Assembly (NCBI RefSeq): GCF_018977255.1
Contig: NW_024704742.1
Location: 24,120,001-24,184,000, forward strand
Direction: 5' to 3'
DNA length: 64,000 nt
Origin: Callorhinchus milii
Lineage: Eukaryota
Position numbers and translations under genes: made by a program. The notes under the pieces were generated by a model that did no database searches, was not told the DNA's origin, and was given only the letters and a program-made list of their open reading frames with translations. Below are positions 13,109-24,990 of this stretch, piece after piece. Numbering within the stretch: position 1 is the stretch's first letter; each line of letters begins with the position of its first letter.

Positions 13109-13989
13109 CTTTTGGAAAAAATAAAAACAAGTCAACACATTAAAAGATTGGTACACATCAAAATATTGCTTCAGCCCACAATCAAGCAGACAGAAATTAC
13201 ACCTAACTGATGTAGCTGTCAAGGTTATGGAAGGCGGTACAGTCCACCAAACTCCCCCCACCCCCCGTACAAATAAATGCAACACAAAGAAAAAACCACA
13301 TGGCAACAATCCCAACTAAAGAAAATGTAGGCAAGATGGGGCTAAGGAGGGAGGTAACTAAAGAACAGACAAAAAGATCTACGTACACACCCTCCTTCCT
13401 CTCCTCCCCAAACTTCAGACAATACAACACAAGATGCCTGTGTAATTCACACGTCATCTACAACCATAAACCACTCATCAAGTAGTATCTTGAATATTTT
13501 GTGGACAACATAATGTATGCAATACAGTACTAAGTTAACAGTTGCAAGAAAATAAAAAATATAAGCATGAAACATCTCAGCAGTAAAATTTAAAAAAAAT
13601 CTGAAGGAGCACAAGTCATTATAAAACAGAACAGCCCCAATGAATAGCTGCCACAGCAGACAACATAAAAGTTTAACACCCGTTTACAAATTGGAGCCAC
13701 CTTCTTCCCTCCCCCCCTCCACTTCCATTTGTTCACATGACTCGGCCTGCTCCTTTCCTTCTGCTGAAAGTGCTAGGTTTAGCTACCGTAGAAATATCTA
13801 AATACAAAGTTTGTCTTGTAAGCATAATGGTAAAATTACAACAGAAACCAAAGTACAGCAAAACTGGGATACAACAACAACAGATTACATTTATAATCCC
13901 AGGCGAGGATGGGGGTGATGGGCTCACGGAGTTGGTGGGGGTGAGGACACGCTCGTGCAGAATTCTCAATAATCTGCAACTTGTAGAAG

Positions 13990-14310
13990 GAAGAATTGGG
14001 AAGACTCCCTTCTTATGGCGCTGACGGGAGCCAAGCAAGAGGGTTTTGTCAACATTCAACTGGAGGAAATTAACTCTCATTCAGGACTTGATGTCTGACA
14101 GAAAATCAGGACAGCACTGGACCTTGAGTTGAGGGTGGAGACAGAGAGATAAGAGTTGAGTGTCATCTGCATACATGTGGAAGTTCACCCCATATCTGTG
14201 GATGATACCACTGAGTGCGAGTATATAAATTTTAAAGAGGAAAGGGCTAAGGACAGAGCCCTGAAGAACACCATATGTCACGGTGTGAGGGCTGGAGGAG
14301 AAGCTGTTAA
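13990..14310 (-). mobile_element. L2 LINE RT core fragment
   Basis: GVLQGSVLSPFLFKIY...FHMYADDTQL (ORF 14081..14281). Confidence 0.9.
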
Positions 14311-14849
14311 TAGATAAATATAATATATATGGTATGAATGATATTGCAACTGGTTTCTTTTAATTAAACAAATAGATAAAAATGTTGTATTAACGTATTA
14401 TATATTAAATATATTAAAGTATTAACGTGTATAAAAGCACACCATGAACTTTTCCTTTGAGATGTATAAAACCCACAGCAAACGCACATCTTTTGCAAGA
14501 AGTTACAGAAGCTTGATCAGCGTTCATAAAGCACGTTCAAAAAAAAAGCCTTGATACAGTAGGCATCAAACTAACTGCCAGTTTTTTGTTTGGCTTCCTA
14601 ATTTTCATTTGGTATCATGTTACTACTTTTAATTAACACCTCTTATTAATCAGCCATCACCTGAGGCAGATCAATTAGCAGTGGATGGCTGTGTATCAAA
14701 GTGTCATGAGCTACAGTAACATTTCGTAAATAACTTCAATCTTCATTGCCAGCAGTGCACTGCCCTACCAAAGAAACTCATGGTTATAGTTAAGAGAATA
14801 TTTTTTGTAATTGGAACGATGATTAATAGACATTGAAATTGCTAACTTA

Positions 14850-15127
14850 TGTCCCGCACTCCACTACCCCACCTCCATTCAGCTGGCTCCGGCCTTCTGC
14901 ACGTTCCGGTGTCCGTGCCTTCAGTCATTACTCCCCAAAACTATAGAACTCTCGTCCTCAATTCCTCCACCTTGCTTCCTTCTTCCCCGTTTTCAGATCA
15001 CACCTGAAGACCTTCCTCTTTGGCCTACCTCCCCCCTCTCCCCAGCTCAGTGTCAAGCTCCGCCACTGTTAAATGTTCCGAAACAATACCCCATATGAAG
15101 AGCGATATATAAATGCAAGTTGATGTT
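14850..15127 (+). mobile_element. L2 LINE 3' end
   Basis: LRSAGSG-like and HLKTFLF motifs, tail aaatgcaagttg. Confidence 0.75.
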
Positions 15128-16738
15128 ATATATCAGATTTCGGGCGCAGGGTTGCACACTTTCGAGCAATAAAAGATGATTTCAGAATTTTAGTGGGTGT
15201 TCCCCTGCATTAAGATCACCTATTGCTGGTGTAACTGCCATTATTCTAGATTGAAACTAATTTCCTCCATGCTAGACTAACAGTTAAACTGGTGATGAAT
15301 CTAAATCACAATAATGAACACTTTGAAGATGCATGTCTATTTGGAATTTAAAACCACATCAGCCACTATTTTGGCACTACACAAAGCAAACTGCTAAAGC
15401 ATGGTAAACCTTGAAAGGAAGCACACCTTCTTGCTCATTGTTGCTTGAACATTGTGTAGGAGCCACAGCTCTCTCCATAAACGTTTCTGTACAAAAATTG
15501 CAACTCCCACTGTTATGTTCCTGATAAGCAGCATATGGCAACAGTGTTCAGTGTAAATACCTGACAGTCCTCATTTAAAAATGCATCTACCTTTGAAGTT
15601 CCACTCCACTAAAAAAAGTGATCAGAAAATAGTTTCAAATAAAAACAATATACCACAACTTCCCATTGAAAGCACATCTACATCAGATGGGTGCTTGCCA
15701 TCACTTCACCTCAGTTGCACTTCCTTTCCCTTGAGAGACTGTGTACGTTTCTCTGAGGGCAGATATACTGCTAATGACAACACAGCTGATGTCAAAATGG
15801 CTGTATTTTCATTCTTCCCTTATAGGATATAAATGTCCTCATGCCAGATTAAGTCTGTAGCAACAAAATTCAATTAAAAACGGCTGGTTAACAAACTATC
15901 TTCTGGGAGGTTTGATTCTCACAAATGATCTTCCTATGCATTAGCTTTTTGGCTTTAAACCTGGCAAGACGATCTAGTTCCTGAAGAAATTAAAAGTTAG
16001 AATCTAGCCAACTTAAATTGCTCACTAAAAGTTACTGTATGAAACATTTAAGAGATGAATGTGCAAGGTTAAACCCAATTAAAAGGTCAAACCATTCTGC
16101 CACCAAGCGCTGTGACATACATTATTTAAAGCCTTCTCCGTTTGCAGTAACAATTGTAAGAGACAGGACAGACCCTACTCGTATTGTCATGAAAGATTTT
16201 AGAAAGCAGCTGAAAACTGCCTGAACGCACGAAAACTTCTCACGTAGTTTCGTGTAAGTTTCAGTGCATTTGCTTAAATGAAACGACCTGAAAAACGTAG
16301 GGTTTTGGGGTGTGGGGATCGCAATGAATTCTGAATTACAAAAAAAAAGGACATCAATTGAGACCCTCTTTATCTGAACTTGACAAACGATCGTGTAGAT
16401 GAACTCCTGGTGGGAAACCCCTCTGAATGAATACGGACGAGGGGAGGGAGGGAGGGGAGGAGGGAGGGGATTTGTGTGTTGGGTGCAATTCCTCCTTTTC
16501 TTTGCTTAAAAAGTGAGGGGCAGCACTCTTTGAACCACTTTGCCATCCAGGCCGTTATTTTATTTATTTATTTATTTATTTTTATTTTATTTTTATTTTA
16601 TTTTATTTTTTTATTTTTTAAAAAAAAAACGGTGCAAAACAGGCGGATGGCCGAAAGCTTTAAATTTCACTTCATTTCTCTCTTCGCGTCTGTCTCCCCG
16701 CAAACTTTGACCGTTCTCACAGTTAGTTTGAATGCATA

Positions 16739-17091
16739 TACACACACACACACACACAACATCACACACACACCACACACACAACATCACACACACACAC
16801 ATCACACACACACACACACACACACAACATCACACACACACACACATCACACACACACACACATCACACACACACACATCACACACACACACACACACAA
16901 CATCACACACACACATCACACAACATCACACACACACACACACAACATCACACACATCACACACACACACACAACATCACACACACACAACATCACACAC
17001 ACACACACATCACACACACACAACATCACACACATCACACACACACACACACAACATCACACACACACACACATAACATCACACGTACACA
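16739..17091. repeat. Compound (CA)n / CAACATCACACA microsatellite
   Basis: Directly visible. Generates spurious His/Thr ORFs. Confidence 0.95.
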
Positions 17092-17130
17092 CAATCGATG
17101 CCGTGAGCCAAGCGAACGAGTGAAACTCAC

Positions 17131-17326
17131 CCCCAACACCTCCCTCCGGGACGCCCCCCACACGCTTTGCTCGGGGCCCGGGTTCACGGATCAAGTGCAG
17201 TCGGACATCACCGGCTTTTCCCGAACCAGATTGCAAGTCCTGTGCAGTTGAGCGGCCGCCGGCGCCGAAACAGCAGCAGCAGCAGCAGCGCCTCCTCCTC
17301 CTCCTCCTCCTCCTGATGCCCTGAAC
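17131..17326 (-). other. FBXW7: Putative non-coding 5'UTR exon (196 nt)
   Basis: Long polypyrimidine tract ending ctcccag| acceptor, and GGGG|gtgagt donor. Contains (AGG)8 and (CTG)6 tracts. Confidence 0.6.
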
Positions 17327-17806
17327 CTGGGAGGGCGGGTAAGGTAAGGGAAGGGAAGAGAGGAAGGGAAGGAGGTAGGAAGGAAGGAGGAGGGAGGTAA
17401 AGGGAGGCTTCCTCTCTCTCTCTCTCTCTCTCTCAGACACTTTTCAGCACTTTGCAGCCCGGGGAGGGGGAGGGGGGGGAGGCTGGTGATGAGGCTTCTT
17501 CAGTTCACACACACACACACACACACACAAAAGTAGAGTTGGGACTCTGAGTCTGTCCGTCTGTGTGTGTGTGTCTGTGTGTGTGTGTCTGTGTGTGTGT
17601 GTGTGTGTGTCTGTCCTCCCAGTCCTGCTCTCTCTCTCTCTCTCTCTCCCCCCCACTCCGTCACTCCCCGACCCCGGCGGCGAGCAGGAGCTTCAGCCTC
17701 GGAGACAGGGCAGGGCAGGGAGGGGGAGGGAGGGAGGGAGGGTACTGAGGGGGGTTACGGAGGAGGGGTACAGGGAGAGAGGGAGTCTCGGCGAAGACAC
17801 GGATAC

Positions 17807-18200
17807 CTTCAGCCACTACCCGGGGCCTCGCTCCCGGGTGTGAATGTGCCGCCCCCCCCCCCCCACCACCCCCCGGGCCGGGGCTCTCTGGTCGGGGCGG
17901 GCTGGCCGCTGTGTTGTGTGTGGCGGCCTCCGCCCCGACACCCTCCCTCCCTCCCTCACACGGTGCCCGGGTGCCCCCCACCGCTCATGGCTGCGCTCCT
18001 CTCCTCGCGCTCTGACCGTTTGTTTGGTGCTGAGACGCGCGCCGCTGCCCGGGTTGCGGGAGGGCGCTGAGTGTCTGTTCCCCCCTCTCTCCCTGTGTGT
18101 GTATGTGTGTGTGTGTCTCTGTGGCTCGCGGCCGCCGCTCTCCACTGAACTCGGGCCGGTCGGGAGAGGAGAAAAGAGAGAAAGAGTCTGCGGGCGGCGC
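17807..18200 (-). other. FBXW7: Putative non-coding first exon (5' boundary uncertain)
   Basis: ...GGGTAGTGGCTGAAG|gtatcc donor at 17806, inside the CpG island. Confidence 0.35.
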
Positions 18201-18435
18201 GCTGGCGGCGCGGGGAAATGACGTAGGCCGGTCACCGGGTACCTGCGTCAGCAGAGAGAGGGGAGGGAACCATGGAGACTGGCAAAGTCTGTGTGTGTGT
18301 GTGTGTGAGAGAGAGAGACGGAGTGTGAGAGAGACGGACAGAAAGGCAGTGAGAGAGCAACACAGAAGTGAGAGAGAGAGAGAGAGACGGAGTCGGTGCG
18401 TGAGATGGAGAGAGTGTGAGAGGGAAAGAGAGAGT

Positions 18436-18565
18436 GCAACAACAACATTGCATTTATAGAGAGCGCCTTTCGCGTCGGGAGGACGTCCCAAGGCCCTGGA
18501 CAGTTGGGTCGGGACCCGAGCGGGGAGGGGAGGGAAGGGAGGGGGCGAGGAGGGGTTAGAGAGTC
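18436..18565 (-). mobile_element. L2 LINE 3' tail
   Basis: caacaacaacattgcatttata...gggaggacgtcccaagg, the reverse complement of the L2 tail. Confidence 0.8.
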
Positions 18566-18574
18566 GAGCTGAAG

Positions 18575-19262
18575 GCAAGACAGAGAGAGAGTGTGTGAGA
18601 GAGTGCAAGACAGAGTGTGAGAGAGAAAGGAAGAAAGAGTGCAAGACAGAGAGAGTGTGTGAGAGAGAAAGGGAGAAAGAGTGCAAGAGAGTGTGAGAGA
18701 GTGCAAGACGGAGTGTGAAAGAGAAAGAGTGCAAGACAGAGTGTGAGAGAAAGGGAGAAAGAGAGTGCAAGACTAGAGTGTGTGAGAGAGAAAGGGAGAA
18801 AGAGTGCAAGACAGTGTGTGAGAGAAAGGGAGAAAGAGAGTGTGAGAGAGTGCAAGACAGAGTGAGAGAAAGAGTGTAAGACAGGAGTGTGAGAGAAAGG
18901 GAGTGCAAGAGAGAGAGTGTGTGAGAGAGTGCAAGACAGACAGAGAGAAAGAGAGTCAGAGAGAGTGAGAGACAGAGTGAGAGAGAGAGTGAGAGAGACA
19001 GAGAGAGAGACACAGAGTGAGAGAGACTGTGAGAGAGAGAGAGTGAAAGACTGAGGGAGAGTCTGGGAGAGTGAAAGACAGAGGCAGTGAGAGCAATAGA
19101 GAAATGAGAGAGACAGAGTGAGCGCATGAGAGAATAGGAGAGTGACTGTGTGTGAGAGAGAGAGAAAGAGAGAGTGTGGGACAGAGAATGAGACAGTCAG
19201 AAAGGGAGACGAAACGATGGTGTGGACTGGGCCTGTGAGAGAGAGTCAGACAGACACAGAGT
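18575..19262. repeat. GA-rich minisatellite (gagtgcaagacagagtgtgagaga units) grading into (GA)n
   Basis: About ten gtgcaagac units visible. Confidence 0.9.
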
Positions 19263-19297
19263 GAATCCTTGTCTTTGATACAGGGAGATTTTTTGGG

Positions 19298-20880
19298 GGT
19301 CGGCCAGGTATCTGACACATGCGGAAACCTAGCACCGTGCTTAACTCCCCAACTCCCCCCTCCTTAGGCTGCAGATCATCCAGAACTGCAACCCGTGGCC
19401 TCTCCCGCACCAGGCTCCGTGACCCTATCATCCCCATCCTCGCCCGACTCCACTGGCTTCCCATCACACAGAGGATACAGTTCAAGTCCTGGTCCTCACT
19501 TTCAAAGTCCTCCATGCTTTCCCCTACCTCTGCGACCTCCTAATCCCCTACCATCCTGCCTGCTCCCTTCGCTCAGCGGGCTCTGGACTGCTTCACGTCC
19601 CCCGCTCGCTCGCCCCACCATTGGCCACTCTGCCCCCACCCTCCGGAATTACATACCACAGTCCCTCCTCCTCACCCCCTCCCTTGCCTCCTTCAAGACC
19701 CATCTCAAGACCATCCTTCTCAACCATGCTTTCAATCACCCTGCTTCTCCTCTCTTCCACCCTCCCCAGCTCGGGCCCAAAACTCTTGACTGTCCAGCAC
19801 CTTGGGACATCCGCCCGATGTGAAAGGCGCTATACAAATGTAACTTTGTTGTTGTAACAGTGTCCAAACCAAACTGAGGATTCCTTCATCTCACCTATAC
19901 ATGAAAATTCCAGAGATAGATTGTTGGAATGGAAAGCGAGCTCTCTTCTGGAGCAACGTATCCTGCTTACCTAATTCGGAAATTATTAGGAGTAGGTTAG
20001 CGAGAGCAAAGGCTTGGGGATCCCAGAGCATGCGTTGGGGTACTGCTGGAATCTAGCCAGCTAAAACTCTTCAGCTTCACATCGAGAACCCTGCCTGGCA
20101 AGCTTTCCTGCTGCTTGTCCAGCTAGGACCACCCTATTGTTAGGGCTTTGGCTTGCAGGGTTAAAAGAAGACGTGAAAAGCGCTACATCAAATGCAAGGA
20201 TTATTATTATTATAAGCTGAATGGGAAGAGTTCCTGCTCCCAGTGACTGGTCTGCCCTTTCATGTCCTGTGGATGAGCCAGCCTGGCTGACATCAGTAGT
20301 GCTCTGGAGTCCCTTGGTCCATCTGGCTCATGAACTGGAGTACCAAGACCACCACAGAGGGTTGGCTCAGTTCTGATATTTCATTGACAAACATGTCACC
20401 TTGGAGCTTGTTCAGCTCCAAGGAGACCCCATATACCTCCACCTCGCACTATGAGGAAAGTCACTAGTTGGTCATTTGACATCCAACAAGTGCAAATTTA
20501 AGATCTCGCTTGGTGGATGGCAGGTACCAGGAACTTCCTCAAGCATTCTAGTGGGCAACACAGTTCAACATGAAATGTGTGAGAGCATTGCCACCATCTT
20601 CCTGCCCACAGCTGGGACATACATCCCATCCCAAGTCTTCCACCGATTGGAGGCGTGGAGCTAAAGCAGCAGCTGCTTACCGCTTTGCAAACCAACCAAG
20701 GTGGATTCCAGGGTTTGATGTACAAAAGAGTGTTCACAAACTCGGACTCCCAACAACTCCAGTAGCCTTTATCCCAGGCCTCAGAGTTTCCTCATCTGCT
20801 CTCTGACAGACATCGCTAGTTTTCATGTTTGCATCTAGACAGCGACTGCACATTATTGATTTGGCTCGGTCCTGCAATCT
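19298..20880 (-). mobile_element. 3' end of a non-LTR retrotransposon with a C-terminal CCHC knuckle, interrupted by an L2 fragment and a SINE tail
   Basis: Minus-strand WDVCPSCGQEDGGNALTHFMLNC at about 20560-20627. The downstream UTR matches the dispersed repeat at 28.7, 30.0, 32.5, 35.3 and 43.7 kb. Confidence 0.65.
19336..19855 (+). mobile_element. L2 LINE 3' fragment (nested insertion)
   Basis: RTRLRDPIIPILARLHWLPITQRIQFK, tail aaatgtaactttgttgttg. Confidence 0.9.
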
Positions 20881-21269
20881 TACAGCCATAATTAATTCTC
20901 TTGTCATCCATCACCCACTCTACCAGCAGTGCCTTTAGAATAGAGATTCGGAGTAAATCCTGTTGATTTTATTTTAACCCTCCCTAATTCAGGGATGCTG
21001 AGAAAGCTATTGCAGGATTCTAACAGGTTGCCCTGGCTGAGATCAACTAACTCAGTACAAACAGGCATTAGAACCTGCAAGCCCAACCACCATAATTTTA
21101 TGTGAAAAAAAGAAATTTAATTAAATGTTACCCCAGGTTTTCTGATGCCAGAATTTTAGTGTAACTGCTCTACATTCAGGTACCCCGTATTTAAATCCCC
21201 CTCCCAAAAAATTCTCCCCTGCCCAGAAAACCCTGGCTCTCTTTCTGGATATATGTTTTCACAAACGTC

Positions 21270-21720
21270 AATTGGCAAAGTATCCTAAGGATAACACTGA
21301 GTCAACAAGACTTGCTTGGGAGGTAGATCTGGAGTACTCATCTTCGATTAGAAATGAGTGAGTTGACTCACCCTGTAGCCAGATGCAGAAGTTCTTTCAC
21401 TAGCTCTATTTCAAGCTTAAACTCCTTCACTGGCTCTGTTTCACTCCTTCCTGAGACTTCAGAGATGCTGCCCACAAATGGATGATCAGTGCTAGAGAGG
21501 CTATTGGCAGAAGAGCACCTTACTATACATATCTAAGATTATCTGAAGATCTGGGCATTTTGTTCTCCTGTGCTTCAAGCAATCAACACGATAACAGATT
21601 CGCAGATCCAATATATCCTGTAATGTAAGATTTATAATGTAAGATACACAGTTACCCTCTTGGCCCCAAGTTTACAGGCGTTCATGCCAACTCTCTTTTC
21701 CTATCTTCCTCTGGAAAAAT
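21270..21720 (+). mobile_element. Degenerate L1-clade ORF2 C-terminal fragment
   Basis: AWEVDLE, FKLKLLHWLCFTP and decayed C..RC...TLL.I segments like fish L1 ORF2. Confidence 0.5.
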
Positions 21721-22714
21721 ACACATAAAACATGTCAAGAGCAGGAGGAGGAGGAGAAAACATTGGGTAATTCCCATACAATAAAAAGGACTTCTTCCCC
21801 TCCTCTAACCCTCCTTCCCCCTCCCCAACACACACACATACACATATTCACAGTGTGGAAAGGTCTAGATGACTTAGATCATCTTCAAAATGTTCTCCCC
21901 TCCACATTAGTCACTGTTGTCATATTATTTGTAACTCATTTCAAGCATTGTAACAGTCTAACAAAGCATGTGTTTGCCAATCCTTTTGCCAATCCAATTA
22001 CATTCATTAGTAATATGTTTGGATTGTGCAAAAATGTAATAAAATGCATTTAAGATAGAAAATACCCATCACAGTAGCAGTACCCTTTCACAAGAAGAGC
22101 CATAGTCCATAAGAGGTGGGTTCCGGAGAGGTGAGTTCCGCAATTCATTCTCATTAATGAGACATTATGTTCTTTTTCTGCGCCCAAATGATCCCTGGAA
22201 TCTCAACCAACCTTGGCCAATGTTCACGGTCTGAGCACATGTATGACGAATGACCACTTGGCTGAGGTACTGGAGACTGTATGGTGCCTGTCGACTTTAG
22301 TGATACATGAATCTGTGCCTTCAAAAGACCAGAAAGGAAAAAAAGTTGGAGTCGGAAAATAAGAATGTCCACAGCATAAATAGGATATTACACCATTCCA
22401 TTTATTTCGTGATTCATCACAGTTACTCTAGTTATAAAGAAAATATTTTCCTTGTAGGTTGCTACTGCTTGCTTTCTTCATGTTCTTGTCATGCTGGTTT
22501 CTTTAGTCAGGAAGGAGATTCAGGGATACGATCAGGGCTGTTTCATGAATGTATAAATAACTTTTCCCTGCCCTCCCACAACCACTATTTTGAATAATCT
22601 ATTTTATTCTTTTAGCTTTTCAGTTTATGCACTATTTCCTGAAAGACTGGATACATTTCTAACATATACTAGTAATTCTCATGAATGGGTGGTCAGAAAT
22701 AGTGATTTGAATTG

Positions 22715-22925
22715 AACTGACTACCAATAGAGTAGTGATAATGGGAGACTTCAATTATCCTAACATAGACTGGCAAAATAACAGTGTAAAGGGCAAGGAG
22801 GGGGAAGGATTCCTGAAATGTGTGTAGGATAACTTTCTGGATCAGTATGTTTCCAGCCAAATGAGGAAGGAAGCAGTGCTGGATCTAGTTCTAGGGAATG
22901 TCTAACAAACCTGATAGAGTGCTTT
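22715..22925 (+). mobile_element. CR1 ORF2 endonuclease fragment
   Basis: VIMGDFNYPNIDW...DNFLDQYV...EAVLDLVLGN. Confidence 0.85.
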
Positions 22926-22929
22926 CAAA

Positions 22930-23105
22930 AGATCAAGGCACATCTTAAAACGTTCTCTTTGACCGTATCTCTGGTCACCCTCCTATCCCTGCCCTCCACC
23001 TCTCCTGATCCCACCCCTTGCTCGAGTCCAAATCCCCGACTGTCCAGCGCCTTGGGATGTTCTCCCGACATGAAAGATGCTATACAAATGTAATTTGTTG
23101 TTGTT
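22930..23105 (+). mobile_element. L2 LINE 3' tail
   Basis: HLKTFSF..., cagcgccttggga...aaatgtaatttgttgttg. Confidence 0.75.
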
Positions 23106-24769
23106 TTATTATAACATTGTAGCTAGTTTAATAAAAAGAAAATCTTATATAACTAAAATTCCTGCAATTTTATTAGTATACGGTGTCCCTTGAAGCAGAG
23201 CAAAACTGAAGGATGTCAATTTTACCCTCCTCCCACTCCCCACCCAAACCTCTGCACCTGGTGGGTCCGCTTGCTTTTTGCAGCCCTAACAATTGAACTG
23301 AAAAATGAGGAACTCACTCAGGTGAGGAAAATGTGTTTGATTGCGCCACTGCTTGTGATCTTGTGAAGGATATTGCTTTGCCAATTGCGCCAAGAGTAAA
23401 TTTTAGCCATCCTTGCTCTTTTCAGCATAAAACTATATTATTGTTTAACATTTACTTTGAAATCTCCCTCTTGTTTTGATCCACGCTTTCTTTTAAACAT
23501 TACAGTCTATCAGACTGCTGCCCAGCAAATAGCAGACACTGCCGACCTCAAATGACAATGTCACACAGCTGAGAGATGCCCAGCTCTTGTGCTGTCAGCC
23601 ACAGAGCATTGCATTCCTATAGCAACCTTTGATCAATTCAAGCTTTCAGGAAAATTTAAATCAGAAGAAACCACCCCTCGTTTCCAAAGGGACCCATTTC
23701 AGCTACAATAGATTTCTGGACGAGGAATTGCTGGTATTGTTCAAATGACCACAACATAGTGGAATATGCTTTTTTTCTCCACAGATCAAATTCCCAATTT
23801 GAAAAAAGGATGTTATAATAATAATAATAATCCTTGCATTTGGAATAGTGCCTTATAAGACCGTTGAGACATCTCAAAGTGCTTCACAGGATATAATGTA
23901 AAGTGATGTGTGTATTTTATGGGCGAACATGGTATTTAGAGCTATTCACATCTGCATTGATGCTGCCTCAACACAGCTTTCTGGCACACAATGGAGCAGC
24001 TCACCTTATGTCTGGTATTTCTAGAGCTTGGTTGTAAACCTCACAAAAGCAGTCTCAAAACAGATGCAAGTGCCTGCAGCACTCAGGGCTACAAAATCAT
24101 ACAGTCCTGTGATAGCCACTTTACTTTCTTGCATCTGTGTTCCACTTTAAATAGGTAAAAGCTGCTATTAAACATGAGGGTGCCTTTGGGTAGACTGTGA
24201 GAAATGTTATGCTTGGTTCATGATTGCCGTGGCATAATAGTGATTGGGAAATAATTCAGCCCATTGGAATTCTTTGATTTGAAAAATAAATTATTTTTAA
24301 CTTGATGAAGCAGGAATAGACTCTTGCTCCATTAAGAGTCAGGTTCACAGAAGCTATTCCCCACAGTGACCATGACCCATCTCACCTAGTGCGGCACATG
24401 GCAGGACTGAATGAGAAACAAAACAGAGTCAGTTACCACAGCTCACACCTTTTGGCAACTGGTATTGTGGCAGAGAGACTCCCAAGTGCCCAGATCAATG
24501 CTTGGATAAGAAAATAAGTGTTTATTGATTGGATATTTGATTTATAACATAAATCTACACTGTTTCGTTATTTCTATGATTATTTTGTTGGCCAACCAAG
24601 TTAAGCTTATTATTATTATTAATAAAAGTTAGCTTATTAAACTCCCAACAGTACTCAAACAAAAACTCTTACTCTCTAGAATTAGATAAGCAGGGTATAT
24701 CCCTCCAGGTAGAGAGTGTGTATTCTATTCCAGACCCAGGGAAATCAGTCTAGTCAATTTGGTCTTTGA

Positions 24770-24990
24770 ATCAGGATTGTGGGTTCAATCCTCGCATCAG
24801 GACTTTTTTTCACTCACAGTTTACACTGGCCACTAGAATTCAGTGCTATGGGTGTGCTACATTTTTGGAGGTGCCAAAAATAAGGTGTTAAACCAAGGTC
24901 CTATCTGTGTGATCAGGTAGATGTTAAAGAGCTAGTGGCACTATTTGAAAAGAGAAGGGAGATTCTCCCAGTGTCCTGGCCAACAATCCA
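24770..24990 (+). mobile_element. Deu-domain SINE (SacSINE1/AmnSINE1-related) remnant
   Basis: B-box gggttcaatcc, then ggaggtgcc...gttaaaccaaggtcctatctg...gttaaaga...tggcactatttgaa...gtgtcctggccaa, which resembles the Deu core (recalled). Confidence 0.6.

Larger units (their letters stand above)
17090..18260 (-). promoter_or_regulatory. FBXW7: CpG island / promoter of a minus-strand gene, probably FBXW7
   Basis: Only CpG-dense, GC-rich segment in the window. GC boxes and CRE-like TGACGT near 18220. Splice signals point to the minus strand. Identity is inferred only from TMEM154-FBXW7 synteny in other vertebrates. Confidence 0.65.

Noticed and set aside
16476..17123. 215-aa His/Thr-rich ORF and overlapping ORFs
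   Set aside because: Translation of the CA microsatellite.
17191..17208. ATG...TGC ACT TGA read as a possible selenocysteine codon
   Set aside because: No selenoprotein-like continuation or SECIS seen. Better explained as a uORF.
17567..18235. Several GC-rich ORFs in the CpG island
   Set aside because: Stop-poor GC sequence open in several frames, with no recognisable protein.
17985..19127. 380-aa Leu/Ser-rich minus-strand ORF
   Set aside because: Translation of the GA minisatellite and an L2 tail. Low complexity, no domain.
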